Shown: positions 18,669 through 27,247 of the stretch, piece after piece | Layout: every line of letters begins with the position of its first letter | Position numbering within the stretch: position 1 is the stretch's first letter | DNA from: an uncultured Planctomycetota bacterium | Lineage (GTDB): Bacteria; Planctomycetota; JAJSAM01; JAKLKS01 | NCBI GenBank assembly: GCA_964555565.1 | Contig: CAZKTF010000004.1 | Span: 1-44,828 of the forward strand | Length of the DNA stretch: 44,828 bases | Reading direction: 5' to 3' | Translations under genes and position numbers: made by a program | The notes under the pieces: generated by a model | What the model was told of the DNA's origin: nothing | The model's database searches: none | What the model saw: only the letters and a program-made list of their open reading frames with translations

Positions 18669-18674
18669 ATCATA
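18669..18674 (-). promoter_or_regulatory. -10-like box TATGAT, 6 nt upstream of ATG 18662
   Basis: Minus strand reads ccgTATGATgcggcgATG. Confidence 0.45.
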
Positions 18675-18698
18675 CGGAGCCGGGCCGTTGTACGGGCG

Positions 18699-18719
18699 GG
18701 GGTCCCCGGGGGGGACCCC
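18699..18719. repeat. GC hairpin H1 (9-bp stem GGGGTCCCC/GGGGACCCC, GGG loop)
   Basis: Perfect complementarity read directly. First of a hairpin array in the 320-nt spacer. Confidence 0.7.
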
Positions 18720-18730
18720 AGGGACTTGTC

Positions 18731-18749
18731 GGGCTGCCGGTGGCAGCCC
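18731..18749. repeat. GC hairpin H2 (GGGCTGCC-GGT-GGCAGCCC)
   Basis: Perfect 8-bp stem. Shares the GCCGGTGGC core with the hairpin inside repeat copy A 33 nt downstream. Confidence 0.7.
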
Positions 18750-18760
18750 GACCCTGGGGA

Positions 18761-18808
18761 CGAGGCCCGCCGGTGGCGGGCCGAGCCCGGGGAGGTCTAC
18801 CCCGCCCG
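18761..18808 (+). repeat. 48-nt hairpin repeat, copy A
   Basis: cgaggcccgccggtggcgggccgagcccggggaggtctaccccgcccg is 47/48 identical to the reverse complement of 27293-27340. Contains stem GGCCCGCC/GGCGGGCC (18764-18782) and CGGGG-aggtcta-CCCCG. Confidence 0.9.
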
Positions 18809-18971
18809 CCGTTCATGGACGGGGGAAGGGAGTGCGTGGGGCGCAAGCGAAGGCGGGGACCGGGGTCGCTTTCGGCGGCGGTGGAGCGATTCCCGGGCCC
18901 CGGCCGATGTACAATGAAAGGGCACCGGGGGGGGGCAGGGAGCCTCGAGAGGCCCCCCTGATTGCGGGGAT

Positions 18972-18977
18972 GAGAAT
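18972..18977 (+). promoter_or_regulatory. -10-like box GAGAAT, 5 nt upstream of ATG 18983
   Basis: gatGAGAATctgggATG. Short spacing. An alternative TACAAT lies at 18910-18915. Confidence 0.3.
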
Positions 18978-18982
18978 CTGGG

Positions 18983-20716
18983 ATGAAGGGTGGGGGATTC
19001 GAACGGGGACTCCTCGTCGGCGGTCTCGCGATCGCCGCGGTGCTCGCGGGCACGGCATGGCTCTTCGGCGACACCGTCGCCCGGTACCGCGAGAGCGCGG
19101 CCCGGGTGGGCCACACCCACGAAGTCCGCCTCGCCCTCGAGGAGTTCTTCCGGCAGACGGTGGACGTCCAGAACGGCGCCAGGGGATTCGTGATCAGCGG
19201 GAGGGAGGAGTTCCTCGCACCCTACGAGAAGGCCCGGGCGGAGGTGGGCGGGACGCTCCGGAGGGTCCGCGGCCTGACCGCGGACAGCCCGGCCCAGCAG
19301 GAGAGGTGCACCGCACTCGAGGCGCTGCTCGCCGAGAGGCTCCACGTCTCCGCGGAGTTGATCCGCGTGCGGCGCGAGTCCGGGGCCGTGGCTCCGCAGC
19401 ACGTGGTCCTCGTGACGCAGGGCAAGGCCGTGATGGACCGCGTCCGGGCGCTCCTCGACGCGATGCAGCGCGACGAGGGGGCCCTCCTCGCGCGGCGACG
19501 CGCCGAGGAGGCGGCCGCCGAGGACCGGGCCCGGGTCTCCCTCGGCCTCCTCCTCGGCACCCTCGTCGTGGTGCTCGTCGGCCTCTTCCTCCTCCTCCGG
19601 CGCGAACTGGGCCGCAGGTCCGCCGCGGAGGTCCGCACCCGGGAGGTCCAGGCCCGGCTCCAGGCGATCCTCGACTTCGCGCCCGCGGTCATCTTCATGA
19701 AGGACCCGGCCGGTCGCTACGTCCTCGTGAACCGAGCCTTCGAGAGGGCCGCCGGGAAGACGCTGCCCGAGATCCTCGGGCGGACCGACATCGACATCAC
19801 CGAGCCGGCGCTGGCGGCGGAGCTCGCCGGCCGGGATGCCCTGGTCCTGGCCGAGGGCCCGCGGATGTTCGAGACGACCGTGCACGCGGAGGGGCGTCTC
19901 CGCACGTTCCTGTCGGTGCGGTACCCCGTGCGGGGGGCAAACGGGGAGTACGCCGGGATCGGCGGGGTCGCCACGGACATCACCGAGCGGAAGGAGGCGG
20001 AGGAGGAGCTCCGCCGGGCCAAGGAGGCCTCCGAGGCCGCACTCCGGGAACTGGAGACGTTCTCCTACTCCGTCTCCCACGACCTCCGGACCCCGCTGCG
20101 CGCGATGGACGGGTTCAGCCTGGCGCTGCTGGAGGACCACGCCGGGAGCCTCGACGCGCAGGGGAAGGACTACCTCGGGAGGGTGCGGTCGGCGGCCCAG
20201 CGGATGGCCGGCCTCATCGACGACCTCCTGGAGATGTCCCGCGTGAGCCGCGCGGACCTGGAGCGGGGACGGGTGGACCTGTCGGGGATGGCGCGCGGCG
20301 TCGGCGAGTCCCTTCGCACGGCCTTCCCGGAGAGGAAGGTCGAGTTCCTGGTGGAGGAGAAGCTGGTCGCGGACGCGGACCCGCGGCTACTCCGGGTCGT
20401 GCTCGAGAACCTGCTGGGGAACGCCTGGAAGTACACCGCGAAGAGGGCCGTCGCCCGCGTCGAGTTCGGCTCCGAGGGTGACGGAGGGACGAGGACCTAC
20501 TACGTCAGGGACGACGGCGTGGGGTTCGACATGCGGTACGCCGGGAAGCTCTTCGCCCCTTTCCAGCGCCTCCACCGCGACGAGGAGTTCACCGGGTCGG
20601 GGATCGGCCTCGCGACCGTGCAGCGGGTGGTGGGTCGGCACGGCGGCCGGGTCTGGGCGGAGGCGGCGCCGGACGCGGGGGCGACCTTCCGGTTCACGCT
20701 GGGGGAGAGGAGGTAG
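18983..20716 (+). CDS. CHASE3-PAS sensor histidine kinase
   Basis: N-terminal TM plus CHASE3-like region (HTHEVRLALEEFFRQTVDVQNGARGFVISGREEFLAPYE), second TM, PAS (FMKDPAGRYVLVN), H-box FSYSVSHDLRTPLRAM, N-box LGNAWKY, G-boxes DDGVGFD and GSGIGLA. Confidence 0.85.
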   Translation: MKGGGFERGLLVGGLAIAAVLAGTAWLFGDTVARYRESAARVGHTHEVRLALEEFFRQTVDVQNGARGFVISGREEFLAPYEKARAEVGGTLRRVRGLTADSPAQQERCTALEALLAERLHVSAELIRVRRESGAVAPQHVVLVTQGKAVMDRVRALLDAMQRDEGALLARRRAEEAAAEDRARVSLGLLLGTLVVVLVGLFLLLRRELGRRSAAEVRTREVQARLQAILDFAPAVIFMKDPAGRYVLVNRAFERAAGKTLPEILGRTDIDITEPALAAELAGRDALVLAEGPRMFETTVHAEGRLRTFLSVRYPVRGANGEYAGIGGVATDITERKEAEEELRRAKEASEAALRELETFSYSVSHDLRTPLRAMDGFSLALLEDHAGSLDAQGKDYLGRVRSAAQRMAGLIDDLLEMSRVSRADLERGRVDLSGMARGVGESLRTAFPERKVEFLVEEKLVADADPRLLRVVLENLLGNAWKYTAKRAVARVEFGSEGDGGTRTYYVRDDGVGFDMRYAGKLFAPFQRLHRDEEFTGSGIGLATVQRVVGRHGGRVWAEAAPDAGATFRFTLGERR

Positions 20717-20721
20717 GGACC

Positions 20722-21159
20722 ATGGCCGAGAACACCATCCTGCTCGTCGAGGACAACGCGGACGACGAGGCGCTGACCCTGCGGGCGTTCTCGAAGGCGG
20801 GCATCGCCAACGAGATCGTCGTGGCGCGGGACGGCGTGGAGGCGCTGGACTACCTGCTCGGCACGGGCGCCCACCAGGGGCGCGACCCGCGGGACCGTCC
20901 CGCACTGATTCTCCTCGACCTGAAGCTCCCGCGGGTGGACGGCCTGGAGGTCCTCCGGCGCGTCCGTGCCGACGAGCGCACGAAGCTCGCCCCCGTCGTG
21001 ATCCTGACCTCATCCCGCGAGGAGCAGGACCTCGTGCGGGGCTACACCCTGGGCGCGAACTCCTTCGTGCGGAAGCCCGTGGACTTCAACCAGTTCCTCG
21101 AGGCCGCCCGGCAGCTGGGGCTGTACTGGCTCCTCCTGAACGAACGGCCGCCGGCCTGA
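20722..21159 (+). CDS. single-domain response regulator (receiver only)
   Basis: ILLVEDNADDEAL, phospho-acceptor LILLDLKLPRVDG, VVILTSS, ANSFVRKPVDF. No output domain. Confidence 0.9.
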   Translation: MAENTILLVEDNADDEALTLRAFSKAGIANEIVVARDGVEALDYLLGTGAHQGRDPRDRPALILLDLKLPRVDGLEVLRRVRADERTKLAPVVILTSSREEQDLVRGYTLGANSFVRKPVDFNQFLEAARQLGLYWLLLNERPPA

Positions 21160-21173
21160 GGGGAAGGGCAGCG

Positions 21174-23108
21174 ATGGCGCGCGAACGGAAGCCGCTGAGG
21201 GTCCTCCTCGTCGAGGACAGCGAGGACGACGCGCACCTCGAGCTGCTCGAGCTCCGCCGGGGCGGGTACGACGCCGTGAGCCGCCGCGTGGACACCCGGA
21301 AGCAGCTGATCGAGGCCCTGGCGGACGGTCCCTGGGACGTGGTCCTCTGTGACCACGGCCTCCCCGCCTTCTCCTCCCGCGAGGCGCTCCAGGTCCTCAG
21401 GGATCGCGCCCTGGACGTCCCGCTCATCATCGTCTCCGGGCAGATCGGGGAGGACGCGGCCATCGAGGCGCTCAAGAGCGGGGCGACCGACTACGTCCTC
21501 AAGGGGAACCTGCGGCGGCTGGGGGCGGCCGTGCCGGCGGCCCTGCGGGAGGCCGAGGAGAGGGCGCGGCGGCGCCGCGCCGAGCAGGAGCTCCGGCGCG
21601 AGGAGTCCCGGCGGCTGTCCATGGTGGAGAACGCCCTCTACGGGATGTGCCGGTGCAGCGCGGAGGGCCGCCTCCTTACGGTGAACCCCGCGCTCGCCGC
21701 CATGCTCGGCTACGAGAAGGAGGGGGACCTCCTCGGGATCGACCTCGGCGGGACCGTCCTCGTCGATCCGGCGGAGTGGGGGCGCCTCGCCGCCGACTGC
21801 CTCCGCTCGGGGCGCCTCGACCGGGTGGAGTCCCGGTGGCGGCAGCGGGACGGCAAGGTCATCCGCGTCCGGCTGAGCGCCACGGTCAGCCAGGCCCCGG
21901 AGGAAGGGCCCGCGGCCCTCGACGCGATCGTCGAGGACGTCACCCGGCTCCGCCAGCTCGAGGAGCAGTACCTCCACTCCCAGAAGATGGAGGCGGTCGG
22001 GAGGCTCGCGGGCGGCGTGGCCCACGACTTCAACAACCTCCTCACGGTGATCCAGGGGTACTCCTCGCTCCTCCTCGGCTCCCTGGAGAAGGGCGGCAAG
22101 CCCTGGGAGTGGATGGAGGAGGTCCGCAAGGCCTCCGACCGCGCCTCGACCCTGACCCGGCAGCTCCTCACCTTCAGCCGCAAGCAGGTGGTCGAACCGC
22201 GGGTCATCGACGTGAACCACCGCCTCCGGGACCTGACGAAGATGCTCCAGCGCCTCGTCGGCGAGACCGTCCGCTTCGACGTCGCCCTGGCCCCGGACGC
22301 GGGCTGCGTCCGCGCCGACCCCGGGCAGTTCGACCAGGTGCTCGCCAACCTCGTGGTGAACTCCCGGGACGCGATGCCGGAGGGCGGGACGCTCCGCCTG
22401 GAGACGGGCCGCCTCGACGACCCGGTGGAGTGCGCGGCCGCGACGGGCGGGCGCGTGAAGGGACCCTGCGTGCGGATCAGCGTCGCCGACACGGGCGTCG
22501 GGATGGACTCCGAGACGCGGAGCCGCATCTTCGAGCCCTTCTTCACGACGAAGAAGGAGGGTTCCGGGACGGGCCTGGGGCTCGCGACCGTGTACGCCAT
22601 CGTGGAGCGATGCGCGGGGCACGTCGGCGTCGAGAGCGAGCCGGGTCGGGGAACGACCTTCCGGGTCTTCCTCCCGGCCACGGAGGAGGCCGCGGAGGCG
22701 CCCGCCGCCCCCGACGGCCAGGCCCGCCCCGGCGGACGGGAGACCGTGCTGCTGGCCGAGGACGACGGGGCGGTCCGCGACCTGGTGGCCCAGGAGCTGC
22801 GCGAGGCGGGCTACACCGTGCTCCCGACGGCCTCCGGCGACGAGGCCCTGGCGCTCAGCGGCCGGCACGCGGGGACCATCCACGCCGTGCTGAGCGACGT
22901 GGCCATGCCGGGGATCTCCGGGCGGGTCCTCGTGGACCGGCTCCGCGCCGAGAGACCGGGCATCCGGGCCGTCCTCATGTCCGGGCACCTCCGGGAGAGC
23001 GACGCGAGGCTCGGGGGCCTCCCTCCCGAGCCTCTCCTGCTCCAGAAGCCCTTCAAGCCGGGCGAGTTGCTCCGGGCGCTGCGCCGGGTGCTCGACGCGC
23101 CGGCCTAG
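21174..23108 (+). CDS. hybrid sensor kinase, REC-PAS-HisKA-HATPase-REC
   Basis: N-terminal receiver (VLLVEDSEDD...VLCDHGLP), PAS, H-box GGVAHDFNNLLTVIQGY, N-box LVVNSRDAMP, DTGVGMD, GTGLGLATV, C-terminal receiver (VLLAEDDGAVR...LSDVAMPG). Confidence 0.9.
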   Translation: MARERKPLRVLLVEDSEDDAHLELLELRRGGYDAVSRRVDTRKQLIEALADGPWDVVLCDHGLPAFSSREALQVLRDRALDVPLIIVSGQIGEDAAIEALKSGATDYVLKGNLRRLGAAVPAALREAEERARRRRAEQELRREESRRLSMVENALYGMCRCSAEGRLLTVNPALAAMLGYEKEGDLLGIDLGGTVLVDPAEWGRLAADCLRSGRLDRVESRWRQRDGKVIRVRLSATVSQAPEEGPAALDAIVEDVTRLRQLEEQYLHSQKMEAVGRLAGGVAHDFNNLLTVIQGYSSLLLGSLEKGGKPWEWMEEVRKASDRASTLTRQLLTFSRKQVVEPRVIDVNHRLRDLTKMLQRLVGETVRFDVALAPDAGCVRADPGQFDQVLANLVVNSRDAMPEGGTLRLETGRLDDPVECAAATGGRVKGPCVRISVADTGVGMDSETRSRIFEPFFTTKKEGSGTGLGLATVYAIVERCAGHVGVESEPGRGTTFRVFLPATEEAAEAPAAPDGQARPGGRETVLLAEDDGAVRDLVAQELREAGYTVLPTASGDEALALSGRHAGTIHAVLSDVAMPGISGRVLVDRLRAERPGIRAVLMSGHLRESDARLGGLPPEPLLLQKPFKPGELLRALRRVLDAPA

Positions 23109-23140
23109 TAGGGGCGGGGCTTGCCCCGCCCGCCGTTGCC
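23108..23140 (+). repeat. 33-nt hairpin repeat (terminator-like), copy X
   Basis: gtaggggcggggcttgccccgcccgccgttgcc is 30/33 identical to the reverse complement of 27248-27280. Starts at the last base of the hybrid kinase stop codon. Confidence 0.85.
23112..23131 (+). terminator. GC hairpin after the hybrid kinase (GGGCGGGGC/GCCCCGCCC)
   Basis: 9-bp complementary arms 4 nt after stop codon 23106-23108. No U-tract, followed by ccttcccccttt. Confidence 0.4.
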
Positions 23141-23205
23141 TTCCCCCTTTGTCCGCTGTCCCGGGGGTGTCGGATACTCTGATCACGGTCCCGGCGATTC
23201 TCCCC

Positions 23206-24444
23206 ATGGAGAGGTCCCGCATGCGGTTTCCCGTCCGCGCACTCCTCGTCCTGGCGCTCGCGTCCCCGGCGGCGGCCCTCGACGACGGTCCGCCTCCCGT
23301 CCCGGCGCCCGCCCCTCAGGACACGCCCGCGACCCCGGCCGGGGAGAGGGCCGCGGAGGCCCCCGGCGCGCCGGGCGCCGAGGACCCGGCGGGGGCCTGG
23401 GTCGCCGTCACCACGGGCGACCAGGTCCGCGTCCGCTGCGGGCCCTCGGCCAACTACCGGGTGCTGGACTACCTCCCGAAGGGCTCCTGGGTGGTGGTCA
23501 CCGCGACGCAGGGGGACTACTGCCGGGTCCGGATCCCCGGCGGCGTGCCGGCCTTCGTCTTCGCGGACCTGGTGGAGGTCCGGGAGGGCGGGAAGGCGGT
23601 GGTCGCGAAGACCGACACGCTCCTGAGGCCCACGGCCGGGAAGGAGTACTTCCCGCTCGAGGGGCAGAAGCTCCAGCCCGGGGAAGAGCTCACGGTCCTG
23701 GGGAAGGAGACCGTCGAGGGCGGCGACTGGCTCCGGGTCCTCCCGCCCGCGCGCGTGGAGTACTTCGTGGCGGCGTCGCTGCTCGAGCGCGTGGGGGCCG
23801 AGGGGGAGAAGGGGGAGGACCTCGCCCGGATCGCGCTGGAGCGGCGCGACGGCTACACCGGGGGGAAGGAGGCCGCGGAGGCCCGCGAGGCGCGCCGGGC
23901 GCGGGAGGAGGCCTTCGCGCGGGCGGTGGAGGCGGCCGCCGCGACCCGCAAGGCCGCGACCGCGGAGACGGAACTCCCGGCGGAGTGGCCGGCCGGCCGG
24001 CGGGCGCTCGAGGAGGCGATGACCGAGTCCGGGGACCCGTCCACGCGCGGCCGGGCGGCGGGAATCTACCGCGACTACCTCGCCCGGGAGAGGCAGGTCG
24101 AGGTGGCCCGACTCCGGCGGGATGCCGCGACCGTGAAGGGGGACCTGGAGCGTCGGCTCGCGGAGGCCGATGCCCGCTACCGCAAGGCCCTCGAGGACCT
24201 CCTCAAGGTCGCCCCGGCGCCCGCGGCGAAGAAGTTCGCCGCCGTCGGGACCGTGCGGAAGGAGGGGAGCGGGGAGTACGCCCTGGTGAAGGGGGAGGTC
24301 GTCCTCCACCGGATCGAGAGCACCCGCTACGACCTCCAGGAGTTCACGGGGAAGCGCGTGGGGGTCCAGGGGCGCACGGTGGACGTGGACCCGAGGACGC
24401 GCCTGCGCGTCCTCGTCGTGGAGTCGCTCGAGATCCTCGACTAG
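23206..24444 (+). CDS. secreted SH3b-domain / coiled-coil protein
   Basis: Signal MRFPVRALLVLALASPAAA (ATG 23206 or 23221). Two SH3b-like modules (GDQVRVRCGPSANYRVLDYLPKGSWVVV; LLRPTAGKEYFPLEGQKLQPGEELTVLG), then an Ala/Arg/Glu-rich helical region and a C-terminal beta module. Confidence 0.6.
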   Translation: MERSRMRFPVRALLVLALASPAAALDDGPPPVPAPAPQDTPATPAGERAAEAPGAPGAEDPAGAWVAVTTGDQVRVRCGPSANYRVLDYLPKGSWVVVTATQGDYCRVRIPGGVPAFVFADLVEVREGGKAVVAKTDTLLRPTAGKEYFPLEGQKLQPGEELTVLGKETVEGGDWLRVLPPARVEYFVAASLLERVGAEGEKGEDLARIALERRDGYTGGKEAAEAREARRAREEAFARAVEAAAATRKAATAETELPAEWPAGRRALEEAMTESGDPSTRGRAAGIYRDYLARERQVEVARLRRDAATVKGDLERRLAEADARYRKALEDLLKVAPAPAAKKFAAVGTVRKEGSGEYALVKGEVVLHRIESTRYDLQEFTGKRVGVQGRTVDVDPRTRLRVLVVESLEILD

Positions 24445-24451
24445 CCCTCGC

Positions 24452-25816
24452 ATGGCCGCCCCGCTCGGCCGCCGGATCGCGTGGGCGGTCCTCCTCCCGG
24501 CGGCCGCGGCGCTGGCGGCGGTGGACCTCCTGGCCGTGCACGCGGCGCGGGCCGCCGAGCGCGCGCAGGTGCTGCGGCGGTTGCACGCGGCCGCCGGGGT
24601 CGTCTCCGGGGAACGCCGGTTCTTCCTCTCGGCGCCCCTGGACGCCGTGGAGACGCGCCGGCGGCTCTCGCTCATCGCGGGGTTCGAGTTCGTCCTCTCC
24701 GTGGAGGGGAACGCGGCCGGGAGCGCCTCCTCGCTCCCGCCGGACGCGGCCGCCGAGGCCGTCGCGGCGGCGAAGGGGTCCCCCCCCGGGTCCGACCTCG
24801 AGGTCGTGGCCGGCGGCGCGTTCTACCTCGCCGTGGCGCAGGACCTCGGGGCGCGCTCCCTCCTCCTGCTCTTTCCCACGGCGGCCGTCGATCAGGCCGG
24901 GCGGGAGGCCGCGCTCCCCGTCCTCGTGGCCTCGCTCCTCGGCCTCGCCGCGGCGGGGGCGGCGGCGCTGCTCCTCGGCGCGAGGATCGCGGGGCCGATC
25001 CGCTCCCTGGCCGGCGCCGCGGGGCGGATCGCCCGGGAGGGGACCGCCGCGCCGGCCGTGCCGGAGGGGGAGGGACCGCCGGAGGTCCGCGAGGTCGCCG
25101 CGGGCCTCAACCGGATGGTCGAGGCGCTCCGCCGCGCCGAGGAGGAGCGGGTGCGCGAGGCCAGGCTCGCCGTCCTCGGGGAGTTCGCGGCGGGCATCGC
25201 GCACGAGGTCCGCAACCCCCTCTCCTCCATGCGGATGACGATCCAGCTCCTCAGGGAGGACGCCGCGGGGCGGGCGGCCGAGGACCTGGACACGCTGCTC
25301 GACGAGGTGCGCCGGCTGGAGCAGTCGGTGGAGGAGCTGCTGCTGTTCGCCGGGGAGCCGCGGCTGGAGAGGGGGGCGGTGGACCTCCTGGCCCTGGGAG
25401 GGGAGTGCGCCCGGGTCCTCCGCCGCCAGGCGGAGCACCTGGGGGTCGCCGTCCGGGTCGAGCGGGAGGAGGGGGCGCCGGCCGCCTCAGGGGACGCCGC
25501 GCGCCTGAGGACCTGCGTGTCCAACCTCCTCCTCAACGCGGTCCAGGCCTCGCCGCGGGGCGGCACCGTGCGCGTGTCGGTGCGCCGGGGGCCGGCCCCG
25601 GGCCGCGTCCTCCTCGAGGTCTCCGACGCGGGGCCCGGGATCCCGCCCGGGGCGGGGGACCGGGTCTACGAGCCCTTCTACAGCGGGCGGCCGGGGGGGA
25701 CCGGGCTCGGCCTCGCCGTGACGCGGCGGATCGTGGAGGCCCACGGGGGCAGCATCGCCTACGCCTCCGGCGCCGCGGGCACGACCTTCCGCGTCGAACT
25801 CCCCGCCGCGGGGTAG
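24452..25816 (+). CDS. membrane sensor histidine kinase (periplasmic domain-HAMP-HisKA-HATPase), NtrB/ZraS-like
   Basis: Two TM segments flank a roughly 150-aa extracytoplasmic region. H-box EFAAGIAHEVRNPLSSM, N-box LLLNAVQA, SDAGPGIP, GTGLGLAVT. Confidence 0.85.
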   Translation: MAAPLGRRIAWAVLLPAAAALAAVDLLAVHAARAAERAQVLRRLHAAAGVVSGERRFFLSAPLDAVETRRRLSLIAGFEFVLSVEGNAAGSASSLPPDAAAEAVAAAKGSPPGSDLEVVAGGAFYLAVAQDLGARSLLLLFPTAAVDQAGREAALPVLVASLLGLAAAGAAALLLGARIAGPIRSLAGAAGRIAREGTAAPAVPEGEGPPEVREVAAGLNRMVEALRRAEEERVREARLAVLGEFAAGIAHEVRNPLSSMRMTIQLLREDAAGRAAEDLDTLLDEVRRLEQSVEELLLFAGEPRLERGAVDLLALGGECARVLRRQAEHLGVAVRVEREEGAPAASGDAARLRTCVSNLLLNAVQASPRGGTVRVSVRRGPAPGRVLLEVSDAGPGIPPGAGDRVYEPFYSGRPGGTGLGLAVTRRIVEAHGGSIAYASGAAGTTFRVELPAAG

Positions 25817-25820
25817 AACG

Positions 25821-27230
25821 GTGCGGATGGGGGAGGCCCCGCCCCGCGCCGCGGTCTTCGTCGTGGACGACGAGCCCGGGATCTGCCGCGCCTTCGAGCG
25901 GTTCTTCGAGAGGCGGGGCGAGCCGTGCCGGACCTTCCCCCGCGCCGAGGAGGCGCTGGCCGCCGCGGCGAGCGCCCCCCCGGAACTGGTGGTCCTCGAC
26001 GTCCGCCTCCCGGGGATGTCCGGGATCGAGGCGCTCCGGAGGTTCCGGGAGCTGCCCTCGCCCCCCGCGGTCGTCATCGTGACCGCGCACGGCTCCCTGG
26101 ACGTGGCCGTCGAGGCGATGCGCCTCGGCGCGCTCGACTACCTCGCCAAGCCCCTCGACCTGGAGGCCGCGGCGGGGGTCGTGGAGCGGGCCCTGGCGTC
26201 GCGCCGCGCCTCCCCCGTCGGCGCCACCCCCGAGGAGCCCGCCCTCTCCGGGGTCCCGCTCGTCGGGCGCTCCCCGGCCATGCAGGAGGTCTTCAAGCGG
26301 ATCGGGGCCGTGGCGCTCTCCGAGGTCCCGGTCCTCATCCTCGGGGAGAGCGGGACCGGCAAGGAGCTGGTCGCGCGCGCGATCCACGCCGCCTCCCGCC
26401 GCTCCGGCGGGCCCTTCGAGCCCCTCGACTGCGCGAGCCTCCCCGAGGGCCTGCTCGAGAGCGAGCTCTTCGGCCACGAACGCGGCGCCTTCACCGGGGC
26501 CGTGCAGCTCCGCGTGGGGCGCGTGGAGAGGGCCCACGGGGGGACGATCTTCCTCGACGAGGTGGCCGAGATCCCCCCCGGGGCCCAGGCGAAGCTCCTT
26601 CGGTTCCTCGAGTCGCGGACCTTCGAGCGCCTCGGCGGCGAGGGGCCGATCACCGTAGACGTCCGGATCGTGGCGGCCACGCACCGGGACCTGAAGGAGC
26701 GGGTGCGGGCGGGGCTGTTCCGCGAGGACCTGCTCTACCGGCTGGAGGTCCTCCCGATCCGCCTCCCGCCGCTCAGGGAGCGGCCCGAGGACGTCCCCCT
26801 CCTGGTCGCCCACTTCCTCGGGCGCGGCGGGGCCGCCGCCTCCCGCGGCGTCTCCGCCGAGGCCATGGATCGTCTCCTCTCCTACCCCTGGCCCGGGAAC
26901 GTCCGCGAGCTGCGCAACGCCGTGGAGCACGCCCTCGTCTTCGCCCGCGGAGAGGTGGTCCTCCCGCAGCACCTCCCCCCCTCGGTCGAGGGCGGGGCCC
27001 CGGCCGACGCGCCGCCCGGGGACGCGACCCTCCGGGCGCTCGTCCACCGGCTCGTGGCCGCGGCGGGGGACGCGGAGGGGACGCTCCACGCCGACGTGGT
27101 GGCCCGGATCGAGAGGCCGCTGCTCGAGGAGGTGCTCGCCCGCACGGGAGGGAACCAGGTCCGGGCCGCGCGGATCCTCGGGATCCACCGCACGACGCTG
27201 CGGGAGAGGATCGCGCGGTACGGGCTGTAG
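25821..27230 (+). CDS. sigma-54-dependent response regulator (NtrC family enhancer-binding protein)
   Basis: Receiver (VFVVDDEPG...VVLDVRLPGMSG), AAA+ Walker A GESGTGKELVARAIH, GAFTGA loop (ERGAFTGAV), FREDLLYRL, C-terminal Fis-type HTH NQVRAARILGIHRTTL. Confidence 0.9.
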   Translation: MRMGEAPPRAAVFVVDDEPGICRAFERFFERRGEPCRTFPRAEEALAAAASAPPELVVLDVRLPGMSGIEALRRFRELPSPPAVVIVTAHGSLDVAVEAMRLGALDYLAKPLDLEAAAGVVERALASRRASPVGATPEEPALSGVPLVGRSPAMQEVFKRIGAVALSEVPVLILGESGTGKELVARAIHAASRRSGGPFEPLDCASLPEGLLESELFGHERGAFTGAVQLRVGRVERAHGGTIFLDEVAEIPPGAQAKLLRFLESRTFERLGGEGPITVDVRIVAATHRDLKERVRAGLFREDLLYRLEVLPIRLPPLRERPEDVPLLVAHFLGRGGAAASRGVSAEAMDRLLSYPWPGNVRELRNAVEHALVFARGEVVLPQHLPPSVEGGAPADAPPGDATLRALVHRLVAAAGDAEGTLHADVVARIERPLLEEVLARTGGNQVRAARILGIHRTTLRERIARYGL

Positions 27231-27247
27231 GGGAAATACGCCGCGAC

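Noticed and set aside
18920-18937. Sigma-54 promoter look-alike aGGCACcggggggggGCA upstream of the CHASE3 kinase.
   Set aside because: The spacing between the GG and GC dinucleotides is two nt too long for the -24/-12 consensus, and the TTGC element is absent.
18990-19012. tRNA-like T-loop string GGATTCGAAC (reverse complement GTTCGAATCC).
   Set aside because: The flanking bases cannot form a T-stem (CCCCG versus CCCCC) and no acceptor or anticodon arms are present. The string lies inside the first codons of the CHASE3 kinase (MKGGGFERG).
23149-23205. TTG start at 23149 for the SH3b protein, and a TTGTCC-N18-GATACT promoter at 23149-23178.
   Set aside because: The 19 extra residues precede the obvious signal peptide and have no support. 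The promoter match is weak (4/6 and 4/6 with an 18-nt spacer), so it is not listed as a feature.
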